A stretch of DNA of 63,902 nucleotides, the filler included, from Octopus bimaculoides (lineage: Eukaryota): NCBI RefSeq assembly GCF_001194135.2. It is 4 parts of 3 records of this genome, joined end to end, with 100 filler letters (N's around TTAATTAATTAA, not from the genome) between each part and the next. Parts side by side here need not be neighbours in the genome. Positions count along the whole stretch, not along the records: positions 1 to 19,685 come from NC_069001.1; 3 more parts are not named here. One strand, given 5' to 3'. Below, one piece after another: positions 1-13,314 of the stretch (its first letter is position 1; every line of letters begins with the position of its first letter). Below the pieces are notes generated by a model, which did no database searches, was not told the origin of the DNA, and saw only the letters and a program-made list of their open reading frames with translations. Made by a program: the position numbers and the translations under genes.

Positions 1-817
1 TATATATATAATTGGGAGATGCGGATCAGATATTCTCCGTACAGAATACATTCAATAATGCTCAAAAGATTTAAACTTGAGAGGGTATCGAAGTAAATGA
101 AGGGATAAGCACGTTAGACAGTTCAATATATAAAGTATATTAAATATCTAATATATTTCACATATTGATCTAACTTGCTTTCTATCCGTTTACATCTACA
201 AATGAATAAATAAATAATATATTTATACACACACATGATGTGTTTCTTTCACTTTTCGTCTCACAAATCCCCTCGCAAGTTATTGGTCCGCCCGAGCCTA
301 TAGCGGAAGACACTTGCCCAAAGTGTCATACAGTCGGACGTTGAAGTATATGAGTGTAATTGGCTGTACGTGCATGGGTGTGAATAGTGTTCCATTGTAG
401 GTGCGTCTGCTTCTTGTACCTATGTCCGAGTGTGTGTGTTTGTGTGTGTACATGTATACGTGAGAGAGCGAGTTGCCGGGGATGAGATGTTTGTGCGAGA
501 TACTGAGCTGTTAGGCTATGCGTGTGTAGGTATACGGGAGACGAATAAGCTGTTTGTGTGTGCTTGTATAATCTGAAAGGGCAGTGTATATATGTCAAAG
601 TGCTTAGTTCTGGTGACAGGTGAGCTCTAGCTGGTGAGGTGGGGTGAGGACTGTAGTAGTCGCGTCCATTTCGGGTAGTGAGGTAAAAAGGAAGGGTGCA
701 AAATGCATAAGTGTGTAATTGTTGAGCATGTAAGGCGCAGTTAAAATAAACGCGTATAATTTGTATCTGTTCATATATCAATACTTAATAAGAATAACGG
801 TTTCAAATTTTGGCGCA

Positions 818-1140
818 GGGCCATTGATTTCGGGAGCAGGTTAAGTCGATTAGTTAGCTGCTATTTATTTTATCGACCCTAAAATGGTTAAAGACAAAGT
901 GGCCTACTTTGGAATTTGAATTCTGTGCGAAATGTTGTGAAGCATTTTACGCTCCATGCTAACGCTTCTTATTTATTTATTGCCCACAAGGGGCTACACA
1001 CAGAGGGGACAAACAAGGACAGACAAACGGATTAAGTCGATTATATCGCCCCCAGTGCGTAACTAGTACTTATTTAATCGACCCCCGAAAGGATGCAAGG
1101 CAAAGTCAACCTCGGCGAAATTTGAAGTCAGAACGTAGCG
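818..1140 (-). mobile_element. SINE family B dimer (variant-tail monomer joined to a standard monomer)
   Basis: gttctgacttcaaatt...gtcga...ttaatccgtttgtctgtcc...gggcaataaataaataa, then gaagcgttagc and a second, more diverged monomer. Confidence 0.85.
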
Positions 1141-2843
1141 GCATGTATGTTGTCTTGTATGTCCTTATGGATAATAAAATATTAAGTATCGTGAGCATGC
1201 CGGGAGATGTGCTAAGCGGTATTTCGTCTGTCTTTACGTACTGAGTTCAAATTCCACCGAGGTCNNNNNNNNNNNNNNNNNNNNNNNNNNNNNNNNNNNN
1301 NNNNNNNNNNNNNNNNNNNNNNNNNNNNNNNNNNNNNNNNNNNNNNNNNNNNNNNNNNNNNNNNNNNNNNNNNNNNNNNNNNNNNNNNNNNNNNNNNNNN
1401 NNNNNNNNNNNNNNNNNNNNNNNNNNNNNNNNNNNNNNNNNNNNNNNNNNNNNNNNNNNNNNNNNNNNNNNNNNNNNNNNNNNNNNNNNNNNNNNNNNNN
1501 NNNNNNNNNNNNNNNNNNNNNNNNNNNNNNNNNNNNNNNNNNNNNNNNNNNNNNNNNNNNNNNNNNNNNNNNNNNNNNNNNNNNNNNNNNNNNNNNNNNN
1601 NNNNNNNNNNNNNNNNNNNNNNNNNNNNNNNNNNNNNNNNNNNNNNNNNNNNNNNNNNNNNNNNNNNNNNNNNNNNNNNNNNNNNNNNNNNNNNNNNNNN
1701 NNNNNNNNNNNNNNNNNNNNNNNNNNNNNNNNNNNNNNNNNNNNNNNNNNNNNNNNNNNNNNNNNNNNNNNNNNNNNNNNNNNNNNNNNNNNNNNNNNNN
1801 NNNNNNNNNNNNNNNNNNNNNNNNNNNNNNNNNNNNNNNNNNNNNNNNNNNNNNNNNNNNNNNNNNNNNNNNNNNNNNNNNNNNNNNNNNNNNNNNNNNN
1901 NNNNNNNNNNNNNNNNNNNNNNNNNNNNNNNNNNNNNNNATAATAAAATGTTTGGTGGTCGCAGAGACATATCAAATTTAAATCCAAAATGTCGAAACTA
2001 TTCTCCGTCTGTAACGTCTGTATTAAAAAACATAGCTCACCATTTCAATTTTTTTTATGAGATGTGCAGTCTTTTGAAGAAGATAATTTAAATAAAATTC
2101 TTATAGGTCTCTGTAATATTTTTGTAGCAAGATCGTGGTGGCGTTTTTGCATAATTCACATATAAGAATGCTGTTTAAAGTACTTTCATACAATGGGGTG
2201 TAATAGAAATAATTGTAGAATGTACAAGACAACAATGGTTATAAAATATTTAATGTGGGAAGTAAAAGGATAGTGAATAAAATAAAGGAGAAAAGTGATT
2301 TAATTCAAGAATTCTCTTCTACTTTTAACTCCCCGCTTTATGCTTATATATAAAAAATAAAATATACAACGTCTAGCATTGAACTACTTCGGGGAAGTTT
2401 AAAATTTAAATACACAATGAGATTAACGTTGTCTTCCCAAAATAGTTCATAATAATAGTTTTGCATTTGATCTACAATTTCTCACAATGTTCTTTAATAT
2501 AACTTCCTATGAAAGTTAAATAAATTATTTTTAACTTATAACAAATTTTTAGGAATATTTAAAACTTTGCCTCTCCTGTGTATCGTATAAGAACTTACAG
2601 GGGGCATTTCCTTCTCGCTCGTGCATCATATATGATATGCACTCTCAATATTTTTTTCAACCACGAAATTAATTTGGGACTACAGACAAGAAACCTACAC
2701 ATCAATTAGAATGTATGAAACAAGGGCTGCTCGGTGTGTTATATAAATACTTTGGGCAGGAAAACGGTTTAAAACCCTTGTAAAGTATACAAATAATTAT
2801 GCAAACATAATTGGTAAGAATAATCCTTTCTAGTATATGCACT

Positions 2844-3145
2844 TGGAGGTGCAATGGCCCAGTGGTTAGGGCAGCGGACTCGCGGTCATAGAATCGCGGT
2901 TTCGATTCCCAGACCGGGCATTGTGAGTGTTTATTGAGCGAAAACACCTAAAGCTCCACGAGACTCCGGCAGGGGATGGTGGCGAACCCTGCTGTACTCT
3001 TTCACCACAACTTTCTCTCATTCTTACTCCCTGTTTCTGTTGTACCTGTAATTCAAAGGGCCAGCCTTGTCACTCTGTGTCACGCTGAATCTCCTCAAGA
3101 ACTACATTAAGGGTACGCGTGTCTGTGGAGTGCTCAACCACTTGC
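2844..3145 (+). mobile_element. tRNA-derived SINE family A (3' end in gap)
   Basis: Near-identical to the reverse complement of 49324-49700; A and B boxes intact. Confidence 0.92.
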
Positions 3146-3999
3146 NNNNNNNNNNNNNNNNNNNNNNNNNNNNNNNNNNNNNNNNNNNNNNNNNNNNNNN
3201 NNNNNNNNNNNNNNNNNNNNNNNNNNNNNNNNNNNNNNNNNNNNNNNNNNNNNNNNNNNNNNNNNNNNNNNNNNNNNNNNNNNNNNNNNNNNNNNNNNNN
3301 NNNNNNNNNNNNNNNNNNNNNNNNNNNNNNNNNNNNNNNNNNNNNNNNNNNNNNNNNNNNNNNNNNNNNNNNNNNNNNNNNNNNNNNNNNNNNNNNNNNN
3401 NNNNNNNNNNNNNNNNNNNNNNNNNNNNNNNNNNNNNNNNNNNNNNNNNNNNNNNNNNNNNNNNNNNNNNNNNNNNNNNNNNNNNNNNNNNNNNNNNNNN
3501 NNNNNNNNNNNNNNNNNNNNNNNNNNNNNNNNNNNNNNNNNNNNNNNNNNNNNNNNNNNNNNNNNNNNNNNNNNNNNNNNNNNNNNNNNNNNNNNNNNNN
3601 NNNNNNNNNNNNNNNNNNNNNNNNNNNNNNNNNNNNNNNNNNNNNNNNNNNNNNNNNNNNNNNNNNNNNNNNNNNNNNNNNNNNNNNNNNNNNNNNNNNN
3701 NNNNNNNNNNNNNNNNNNNNNNNNNNNNNNNNNNNNNNNNNNNNNNNNNNNNNNNNNNNNNNNNNNNNNNNNNNNNNNNNNNNNNNNNNNNNNNNNNNNN
3801 NNNNNNNNNNNNNNNNNNNNNNNNNNNNNNNNNNNNNNNNNNNNNNNNNNNNNNNNNNNNNNNNNNNNNNNNNNNNNNNNNNNNNNNNNNNNNNNNNNNN
3901 NNNNNNNNNNNNNNNNNNNNNNNNNNNNNNNNNNNTTTTGTTAGATAATTATTGAGTCGATTCAGAAGAATTATTGCCAAAATTTCTGCCAGCAATCGA

Positions 4000-4565
4000 C
4001 AAACTCACACACATGCACACACACACACACGCGCGCGGGCAAACATATGCTGATGCGAATACGCGGTCACACATAGACACGTTGACGTGCACATACGCAC
4101 GCAAACACACACACATGCACACATCACACACATACGCCCTCATACACACGTTGACGCGCACACACGGACACATACGTATACGCACACAGACACTCATACA
4201 CACGTTGACGTGTGCAGATACACACACACATACACACGTTGACGTACACGAGCACACTCGCACGCACACACACACACGTGCACACATACACATGTTTACG
4301 TACATACACAGATACGCACACATCTTGACACAAACAGACTCTTTGACACACACGGAAAAAATAGTCGTCGACGAGAGGAGCACACGGACACAGACACACA
4401 GACACACACACAAACACAAACACACATTCGCTCACACACATGCATGCACAGAAACACGCTCACGCGTAGATGCAGACACACACACACACACACATGCAAG
4501 TGTTGACGCACGAAAAAATTCCCATTCACGCACACACATGTTGACGTACGCACACACGTATGTAC
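4000..4565. repeat. (CA)n-derived compound minisatellite with a recurring cacgttgacg motif
   Basis: gttgacg recurs near 4080, 4150, 4203, 4238, 4502, 4540. Confidence 0.85.
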
Positions 4566-5094
4566 ATTTGTATAGGCTTTAGTGTGAGAGTAACTCTAAC
4601 ACATACACTATGTGTTTCTCTATGCCTATCTGTCCAACGGACTAATTTCCTTGCGTTGATATTCATGGCAACAACTGTTTCATCTTGGTGAACAGAGATA
4701 CTTAAACAGATTTTTTTTTTCTAAATCTTCCGTAAATTTCAATTATAAGACAAATTCTCATCGCCAATTATTTTTTATTTAAGCAAATGTACGGTCAGAT
4801 GCTATGGGGGACAACTACAGGAGATTCTCATTAAAATGTATCCAGTTGCGCTTTGATCAAACCAGCAGCATATAGTACTTACTGCACAAGGTCCAACAAA
4901 TATATTTATAAGAAAGAACATTTGAGAGATTTCCAATGTATATTAACAGAATTATAATCATCCTTCTCTAAACTGGAATGTATTTGTTACAAAATGTTAC
5001 CTTGGCGTTTTATAGTTATGTCTATAAAATATTAAAGAATAATTTGTAAAAACATGAAATTGACCATATGTATAACTTGTCGTGTGGTAAGAAG

Positions 5095-5418
5095 ATGGCA
5101 GAAACGTTAGCACGCGAGGCGAAATGCTTAACGGTATTTCGTCTGCCGTTACGTTCTGAGTTCAAATTCCGCAGAGGTCGACTTTGCCTTTCATCCTTTC
5201 GGAGTTCGATAAATTAAGTACTAGTTACGCACTGGGGTCGATGTAATCGACTTAATCCCTTTGTCTGTCCTTGTTTGTCTCCTCTGTGTTTAGCCCCTTG
5301 TGGGCAATAAAGAAATAAGAAACGTTAGCACGGCCGGCGAAATGCTTAACGGTATTTCGTCTGCCGTTTCGTTCTGAGTTCAAATACTGCCGAGGTCGAC
5401 TTTGGCTTTCATCCTTTC
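5095..5418 (+). mobile_element. SINE family B dimer
   Basis: Same variant tail and same junction (aaataa|gaaacgttagc) as 818-1140. Confidence 0.87.
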
Positions 5419-5583
5419 AGACATACACAATCCCCCACACATACACACACTCATACACTCATACTCATATACAATTAGACACACATATTTGCCTACGGAT
5501 TTTAAATCATTTTGTCTCAATAGTTTTACGAACATCATGAATATTGTAAATGTATTATTTCTAATAGCTTATGTTATATTAGC

Positions 5584-5650
<67 letters not shown>

Positions 5651-5778
5651 NNNNNNNNNNNNNNNNNNNNNNNNNNNNNNNNNNNNNNNNNNNNNNNNNN
5701 NNNNNNNNNNNNNNNNNNNNNNNNNNNNNNNNNNNNNNNNNNNNNNNNNNNNNNNNNNNNNNNNNNNNNNNNNNNNNN

Positions 5779-5823
<45 letters not shown>

Positions 5824-6252
5824 GTACACAAACACATATATATATATATTAACATAATTCTAACATAGTTTATCAGTCAATTGTCTAACGAATAATTTGA
5901 ATTTTATGTCTTCAGTAGTTTTCTCTATTAGAGCATCACACACACAGAGCACATGTACATACATATAGGTGGAAGCAGTATATTACTATAGATAAGCAAA
6001 TATAAATCAGGTGACACTCAATAGTTCCAAAGCGCATGTGTAAAATACTTGTGAAATAGAAAACAATCTTGGTGAATGGAAAACTATTCTGCTTACCGTT
6101 CCGATGCTGCAAGAACGCCACTATCTTTGTTCACATATAATCTCGCCGATGACAACATCGCTGCGAGAATTCACGAAAAAACAACAGACGAAGACAGGTA
6201 GTGTAAACAACAAATGGATGTATTAGTATAACGCTCGGTAATAGAGAAAGAC

Positions 6253-6507
6253 GGTAATCTTCAAGTTTAGGGGGATAAAAAAAAATATTGAAGGGAAATA
6301 ACTGAACGACTTACCAGTATTATCCGTTTTCTTCTAGCTGTTTATAAATAAATCACACCCTAACCCTAATCCTAACCCTAACGTCAATCAAATCACGTGT
6401 GTGATTTATTTATAAACAGAGATGTACGGAGAATACTGGTAAGACGTTCAGTTACTTGCCTTGAACATTTTTATTTATTTTTTATCCCCATAAACTTGAA
6501 GATTACC
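6253..6507. mobile_element. MULE-like fold-back MITE with 9-bp TSD and telomere-repeat core
   Basis: TIR ggtaatcttcaagttta..ggataaaa / ttttatcc..taaacttgaagattacc, extending ~100 bp; TSD gagaaagac at 6244-6252 and 6508-6516; core ccctaaccctaatcctaaccctaac. Confidence 0.9.
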
Positions 6508-7651
6508 GAGAAAGACCATAACGTTTCGAGCCTGACCGTCCCCAAATACAACAATTTCTGTACTTGGGTCTGCATATGTTCCACTGCTACCGCTTGACAA
6601 CCGGTGCCTGTATGTTTACATTCTCCTTACTTAGCGTTCCGCAAGAGAACCTATAGAAAAAATACTATATTCCAAAAATATACGTACTCCGTTCGGTAGA
6701 TTCCACTAAAAATACCTTAGGGCGGCNNNNNNNNNNNNNNNNNNNNNNNNNNNNNNNNNNNNNNNNNNNNNNNNNNNNNNNNNNNNNNNNNNNNNNNNNN
6801 NNNNNNNNNNNNNNNNNNNNNNNNNNNNNNNNNNNNNNNNNNNNNNNNNNNNNNNNNNNNNNNNNNNNNNNNNNNNNNNNNNNNNNNNNNNNNNNNNNNN
6901 NNNNNNNNNNNNNNNNNNNNNNNNNNNNNNNNNNNNNNNNNNNNNNNNNNNNNNNNNNNNNNNNNNNNNNNNNNNNNNNNNNNNNNNNNNNNNNNNNNNN
7001 NNNNNNNNNNNNNNNNNNNNNNNNNNNNNNNNNNNNNNNNNNNNNNNNNNNNNNNNNNNNNNNNNNNNNNNNNNNNNNNNNNNNNNNNNNNNNNNNNNNN
7101 NNNNNNNNNNNNNNNNNNNNNNNNNNNNNNNNNNNNNNNNNNNNNNNNNNNNNNNNNNNNNNNNNNNNNNNNNNNNNNNNNNNNNNNNNNNNNNNNNNNN
7201 NNNNNNNNNNNNNNNNNNNNNNNNNNNNNNNNNNNNNNNNNNNNNNNNNNNNNNNNNNNNNNNNNNNNNNNNNNNNNNNNNNNNNNNNNNNNNNNNNNNN
7301 NNNNNNNNNNNNNNNNNNNNNNNNNNNNNNNNNNNNNNNNNNNNNNNNNNNNNNNNNNNNNNNNNNNNNNNNNNNNNNNNNNNNNNNNNNNNNNNNNNNN
7401 NNNNNNNNNNNNNNNNNNNNNNNNNNNNNNNNNNNNNNNNNNNNNNNNNNNNNNNNNNNNNNNNNNNNNNNNNNNNNNNNNNNNNNNNNNNNNNNNNNNN
7501 NNNNNNNNNNNNNNNNNNNNNNNNNNNNNNNNNNNNNNNNNNNNNNNNNNNNNNNNNNNNNNNNNNNNNNNNNNNNNNNNNNNNNNNNNNNNNNNNNNNN
7601 NNNNNNNNNNNNNNNNNNNNNNNNNNNTGTGTGTGTGTGTGTATATATATA

Positions 7652-7684
<33 letters not shown>

Positions 7685-7767
7685 GTATGTATACATATAT
7701 ATTCATACATATACATAAAAATACACATACATGCTTGCATGCTTATATACGTACCTGCTTATATATA

Positions 7768-7816
<49 letters not shown>

Positions 7817-9209
7817 ATTAGTAATTTATTCGTAAAATGCAATATGATCTCATAAAAGACCTGAAATGGAATTGAAATCAGTCTGTAGGTTCTCCTTTTA
7901 AGAATATTCGGCTTGAATTCGATAATACTGTTTGATTTATGCAGCTGTTTTACAAAGTAGGACCGGATTACTAATCGATGAAACCATGGATATATTTATA
8001 ATCCATTTAGACTTGCTCTTGGGCAAGGTTCTTAACATAGTCACGAAGTTGCGAGAAAATATGACTACTTGCTGTACGTCAGATTTGTTGCTTTATTGAC
8101 ACCGGAAGGATGATAGTAAATATATTCTGAATGATATTTTGACTTAGTAGGTAAAAAAACGTAACCCGATAGCCTCTTGGGTGTGTTCTCAACCCCCTAA
8201 GTTAATTATAATAAGGAATTCCTGGTAATGCAAATTAATGATTTCTGACAAGGGCATGGCATCTTGTCCATTTAATCGACTCCACTATTTGAAAAACACT
8301 TTATTTTTTATCGGCTCCGTGAGGATAAAAGAGCAGAAGCAACCCCGCTGTAGTTCTGAATTTAGGACTTAATTAAATACCACGAGGCCTTTTTGGCTCC
8401 AGAGTATCCATGCTGTCAGTCTCCCTCTGTAATTTCTTTAATCATACTAAGAAAATCGCTTGAAGCAATTATATTTTCTTCGCCCCCCCCAATCTCTTAA
8501 GACATGTTAAACAATGTTTTATTGAAGGTAACATATAAATAATGGTTTGTTTATCTTCAACTCACTTACTTAACTGTCATGATTTTGCGATATAATTTTT
8601 ATTTATTTTTTTCATTAAGGTTTATGTCAAGTATTATATATTTATTTATATTTTTCGTATTTTAGATGTTCTGGCGTTGGTTTCTAATCAGTTTGACTAC
8701 ACAGATATTGCCATGTATCTCTTCATACGCTTTTTATGTAAAATTCCTAATGCTGATAATCTGCCGCTATTTCATATGCAATTTTCACATCGCACATAAA
8801 GAAAACAAATGAAGTTAAATAGATGAAGACATTTTCGAATGAAGGGTAATCGTTGTAGTTTGCATTAAACATTCAGAATTATAATCCGTCACTGATCGTT
8901 GCTCGTTGATAGATCAGGAAGTGGTTAATCTGTGCCAAATGGCTCTACTCTCCGTGCTTTAGCTCCGTTACTATGGTAGCAGTCCGGATACTTATTGATC
9001 AGATCCGGTATAAATAACACGTTTCCACACAATTTCCACCCCAAATTCACTTATAAGCCATTCAGTTGACCCGGCACGATAGTAGACGACACTTGCTCAA
9101 GGTGCCGTGCAATGAGACTGATACTGAAACGATGCGGTTTCAAATTCAACCTCCAAACTACGCAACCATGCCAGCTGGTATATACATAGGCATAACTATT
9201 AAATGTGAA

Positions 9210-9395
9210 AGCTGCGAGCTGGCAGAAGCGTTAGCGCGTCGGACGAAATGTTCTGAGTTCAAATTCCGCCCAGGTCGACTTTGCCTTTTATCCTTTCGGG
9301 GTCATCAAATTAAATACCAATTGCATACTGGGGTCCATCTAATCGACTACCTTCCTCCCCAAAAATTTCGAGCCTTATACCAAGAGCGGGAATGA
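9210..9395 (+). mobile_element. SINE family B
   Basis: gagctggcagaagcgttagc...ctgagttcaaattccgcc...gtcgactttgcc. Confidence 0.85.
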
Positions 9396-10042
9396 ATAAC
9401 TATTAAACGTGCTGCATCTTGAAATTAATGGTCCCAATAAGATGTACAATCCCCTTGATAATCATGTCTTCGTACGTAGACCAAAAGTGGACAAACACTG
9501 TACACATCCAGGCAACATCGGTTCGATTCGTAACGTTGCCATTTTGTAATTGGAATGTATTTCGAAACATGAATGCATTCAATAATCAGTAATTTTCATG
9601 TAATTCCTAGTCTGTTGGTATAAAATGTCTGAGAAGACAGGAGAGCCATGGCTAGAAGGCCTCTAATCATAGGTTACATTGGTAAGGGCTGATTTGAAGC
9701 TCAACAACAAATAATCATTTTTTGAATGATGCCATTTTGCTTTTTTTTTAAATTTTATTTCTTTGTTATTTTCTAGCCTCGCAACACATCGTATTTATAT
9801 CATGACAGAAACATAATAATAATAATAATAATGGTAACCAAACAAACAAACATAAAAGATACTCAAATAATAATTTGAAGTAAATGCCATTAGAAAATTA
9901 GTAATTTAATTAATTTAATTAATTAAATACATTTCTTTAATTTTTTGTTTTTCGTTTTTCATTGACATTTCAAAATGATTCGTGTTAATTTCTTGTACAT
10001 ATATATACAATCATACATACAAATACATATATATACACGCAG

Positions 10043-10088
<46 letters not shown>

Positions 10089-10429
10089 GTGTGTGTTTGT
10101 GTCTGCGTGCTTTTGTGTAAGGGTTTATATGTGTGTGTATGTGTATGTAAGTCTATGTGTGTTTGCATACGTGTGTGTATATGTGAGTATATCGTTGTTT
10201 TTTTTTACCATTCCTACCATTAGAGTTTTATGGTTTTTTTCCTTCTCCCTCCTTTCCCTCAGTGTCGTCAAACTCGTTATTTCGTTTCATCTTATAACTT
10301 ACAAGCTATTTTTTTTCCTTTCTTTTTATTAAAGTTTAATTCAAACTCCTGTGTTTATCAGAAACGTTCTCTCATCTCACCTCGTGGTTAGTTTGGATAA
10401 TGATTATTCAGAAGGAGAAACAAAATACC

Positions 10430-10660
10430 AAATGATAATAATAATAATATGGATAACGATAACAGCAATAATAATAATAATAATAATAATATCAGCAACA
10501 ACAATAATACTAACAACAATAATAATAATAACAATAATAATGATACTAATACTACTACTACTAATAATAATAATAATAATAATAACAACAGCAACAACTA
10601 CAATAACTACAACAAAAGCAACAACAACAATAATAATAACTTCTACAACAACAAGAACCT
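10430..10660. repeat. (AAT/AAC)n microsatellite; many other (TA)n, (CA)n, (GA)n, (TATG)n, (GATA)n, (GAT)n tracts throughout
   Basis: Direct inspection. Confidence 0.95.
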
Positions 10661-10887
10661 CAGTAACGACATCACACAGAATTAACTCTTTGCATTAATT
10701 TGAGTCTTTGCAAATCATGCTTGAAATTAAATTTCTTACTTTTCATTCATAGCATTCTTTATTTATTTAATTATTGATTCGAAACGAAATGTAAAATACC
10801 CGAGGAATTATCTTGAGAGAATCGGTTTAGCAATGATGATAGTGGAAAGCCAGAACTTCAATTACTGAGAAAAACACAAGCTGAAAC

Positions 10888-10927
<40 letters not shown>

Positions 10928-11125
10928 CGATTCTGATGCTATTCAATTCTTGTTCAGGAAATCTAAGGAGGAATATCGGAGATACTGTGTTAGATCCCAG
11001 TAATACATTCGGTTCGGATCAAATGACGGAATGTTTACTACTCTGCAAACAGACGGTGTTGTCTCAAACCTAGGAATTCACTGCCACCGCCGTTCGCATC
11101 TTTGTCTTTGTCTCTTCGCTCAAAA

Positions 11126-11343
11126 TAATCCTTTTTACTAACGGCACAAGGCCTGAAATTTAGTGGAAGGGTACTTGTCGATTATATCGAATCCCTGGGT
11201 CACTGGTGCTTAATTTATCGACTCCGAAAGGATGAAAGGCGAAGTCGACCTCGGCGGAATTTGATCTCAGATCGGAGCGACGGGAGAAACACCGCTCAGC
11301 ATTTCGTCCGGCGTGCTTAGCGATTCTGCCAGCTCACCGCCTT
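11126..11343 (-). mobile_element. SINE family B
   Basis: Full head-to-tail match to other family B copies. Confidence 0.88.
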
Positions 11344-12439
11344 GAATATTTAATAAGATCACCCGGTAATTCCTGGCAGAGATTAGAAACCCCTGCTTGT
11401 GTGTTATGTTACTACATCTAAACACCCTCACCTCCTGGGCCATCAATGTAGCAACTCATCACTCAGAATAATGAGATCCTACTTCTTAGCAGCAACACGA
11501 ACACCACCATCATCGTCAAGTTTCACATTAGCCGCCGCTGCCGTGACCACCACCACAAACAACTACAATAACAACAGTATCGCTTCTTGTTGAAACTGAT
11601 CAAACAGCAGTTTAGAGCTTTCCTTCTCAAGGTATAACTTGGAGGTATTGAGTGAAGTGTATCCTCTGTAGGAGAGATATTGAGGTGAGTTTAAAAGATT
11701 GTATGATATACAAAGAAATATATAATATTTTCTACTCCAGGTACAAGGCCCGAAATTTTGACGAAAAGGCCAATACGCTTCATCTTGTGCTAATGATGTA
11801 ATAGAATTTATATCAGAAAGAATCCTGTTAAACAAAGAAGTTTACGATGGAAAGAAAACCAGAGCTTAAAAATATACTCCCAGAAATGAGAAATTTATGG
11901 AACTAAGGCATAAGAAATACTATTCAAGTTTTTGGTTTTATTTTTGGCTTCGAACGACAACCAACTCGATTGCATTTGCCAATGTTTTTATACAGAAGAG
12001 AACAGTGGCGTGTAAACGGTCGAACATCAAAGAGGATGCTTATAGTAGCCCGCAAAGTACAGAACAAAAACATCTCAGTGGTTATATATACTTTTATGGT
12101 GATACCCAATAAGATAAGGTGGTCTGATTGTTGCCGTCACGCAAATTTGCTCGTCTGTATATAATTTATTTGTTAATATATGCAACATCAATTTATATTA
12201 CGCATATATATATATGCGTGTGTGTACATCCGCACGCACTCGCACACACTCTCATTCAAACACGCATACACACACATATCGAATTAACGGAAATTACAAG
12301 TCCTCTGGGTTATTAAATTCTTTCCATATATGTGTAGCAATGCGCTTGCGGTTTCTATTTGAGTATTTTAGCATATGGTGCATGTCTATATATATGCACG
12401 CTCGTGTGTGCGTGTACGCGCGCGCAAAAATGCATACAT

Positions 12440-12477
<38 letters not shown>

Positions 12478-12503
12478 GTGTGTGTGTGTACATAAACATA
12501 TAG

Positions 12504-12659
12504 TGAAGGCGCATCGCTTGATGGTTAGGCATTCGGCTCACGATCGTAAAATCGTGTGTTCAATTCCAGGCGACGGGTTGTGTCCTTGGGCAAGATACTT
12601 TATTTCATGTTGCTCCAGTTCACTCAGCTGGCAAAAATAAGTAGTACCTGTATTTCAAA
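12504..12659 (+). mobile_element. tRNA + CORE-like SINE running into the family A 3' module
   Basis: tRNA-like head, then ccttgggcaagatactttatttcatgttgctccagttcactcagctg, then tacctgtatttcaaa shared with family A. Confidence 0.8.
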
Positions 12660-13277
12660 NNNNNNNNNNNNNNNNNNNNNNNNNNNNNNNNNNNNNNNNN
12701 NNNNNNNNNNNNNNNNNNNNNNNNNNNNNNNNNNNNNNNNNNNNNNNNNNNNNNNNNNNNNNNNNNNNNNNNNNNNNNNNNNNNNNNNNNNNNNNNNNNN
12801 NNNNNNNNNNNNNNNNNNNNNNNNNNNNNNNNNNNNNNNNNNNNNNNNNNNNNNNNNNNNNNNNNNNNNNNNNNNNNNNNNNNNNNNNNNNNNNNNNNNN
12901 NNNNNNNNNNNNNNNNNNNNNNNNNNNNNNNNNNNNNNNNNNNNNNNNNNNNNNNNNNNNNNNNNNNNNNNNNNNNNNNNNNNNNNNNNNNNNNNNNNNN
13001 NNNNNNNNNNNNNNNNNNNNNNNNNNNNNNNNNNNNNNNNNNNNNNNNNNNNNNNNNNNNNNNNNNNNNNNNNNNNNNNNNNNNNNNNNNNNNNNNNNNN
13101 NNNNNNNNNNNNNNNNNNNNNNNNNNNNNNNNNNNNNNNNNNNNNNNNNNNNNNNNNNNNNNNNNNNNNNNNNNNNNNNNNNNNNNNNNNNNNNNNNNNN
13201 NTATTATTCTCTCGACATCTCCAGACATACATACGTACACAGATGCACGCACACACACACACACTCATATGCGTGTG

Positions 13278-13314
<37 letters not shown>

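Noticed and set aside
2040-2600. AT-rich stretch that might be a decayed transposase
   Set aside because: No recognisable motif in any frame
2844-2920. tRNA-like sequences with A/B boxes (also the other SINE heads)
   Set aside because: They continue into SINE bodies with no CCA or poly-T terminator context; not tRNA genes
1212-3995. Long ORFs filled with X (here and throughout)
   Set aside because: N-gaps lack stop codons; artefacts
3949-4582. HT/CV-rich ORFs, and all YI/CV/HT/NNN-repeat ORFs elsewhere
   Set aside because: Microsatellite translations
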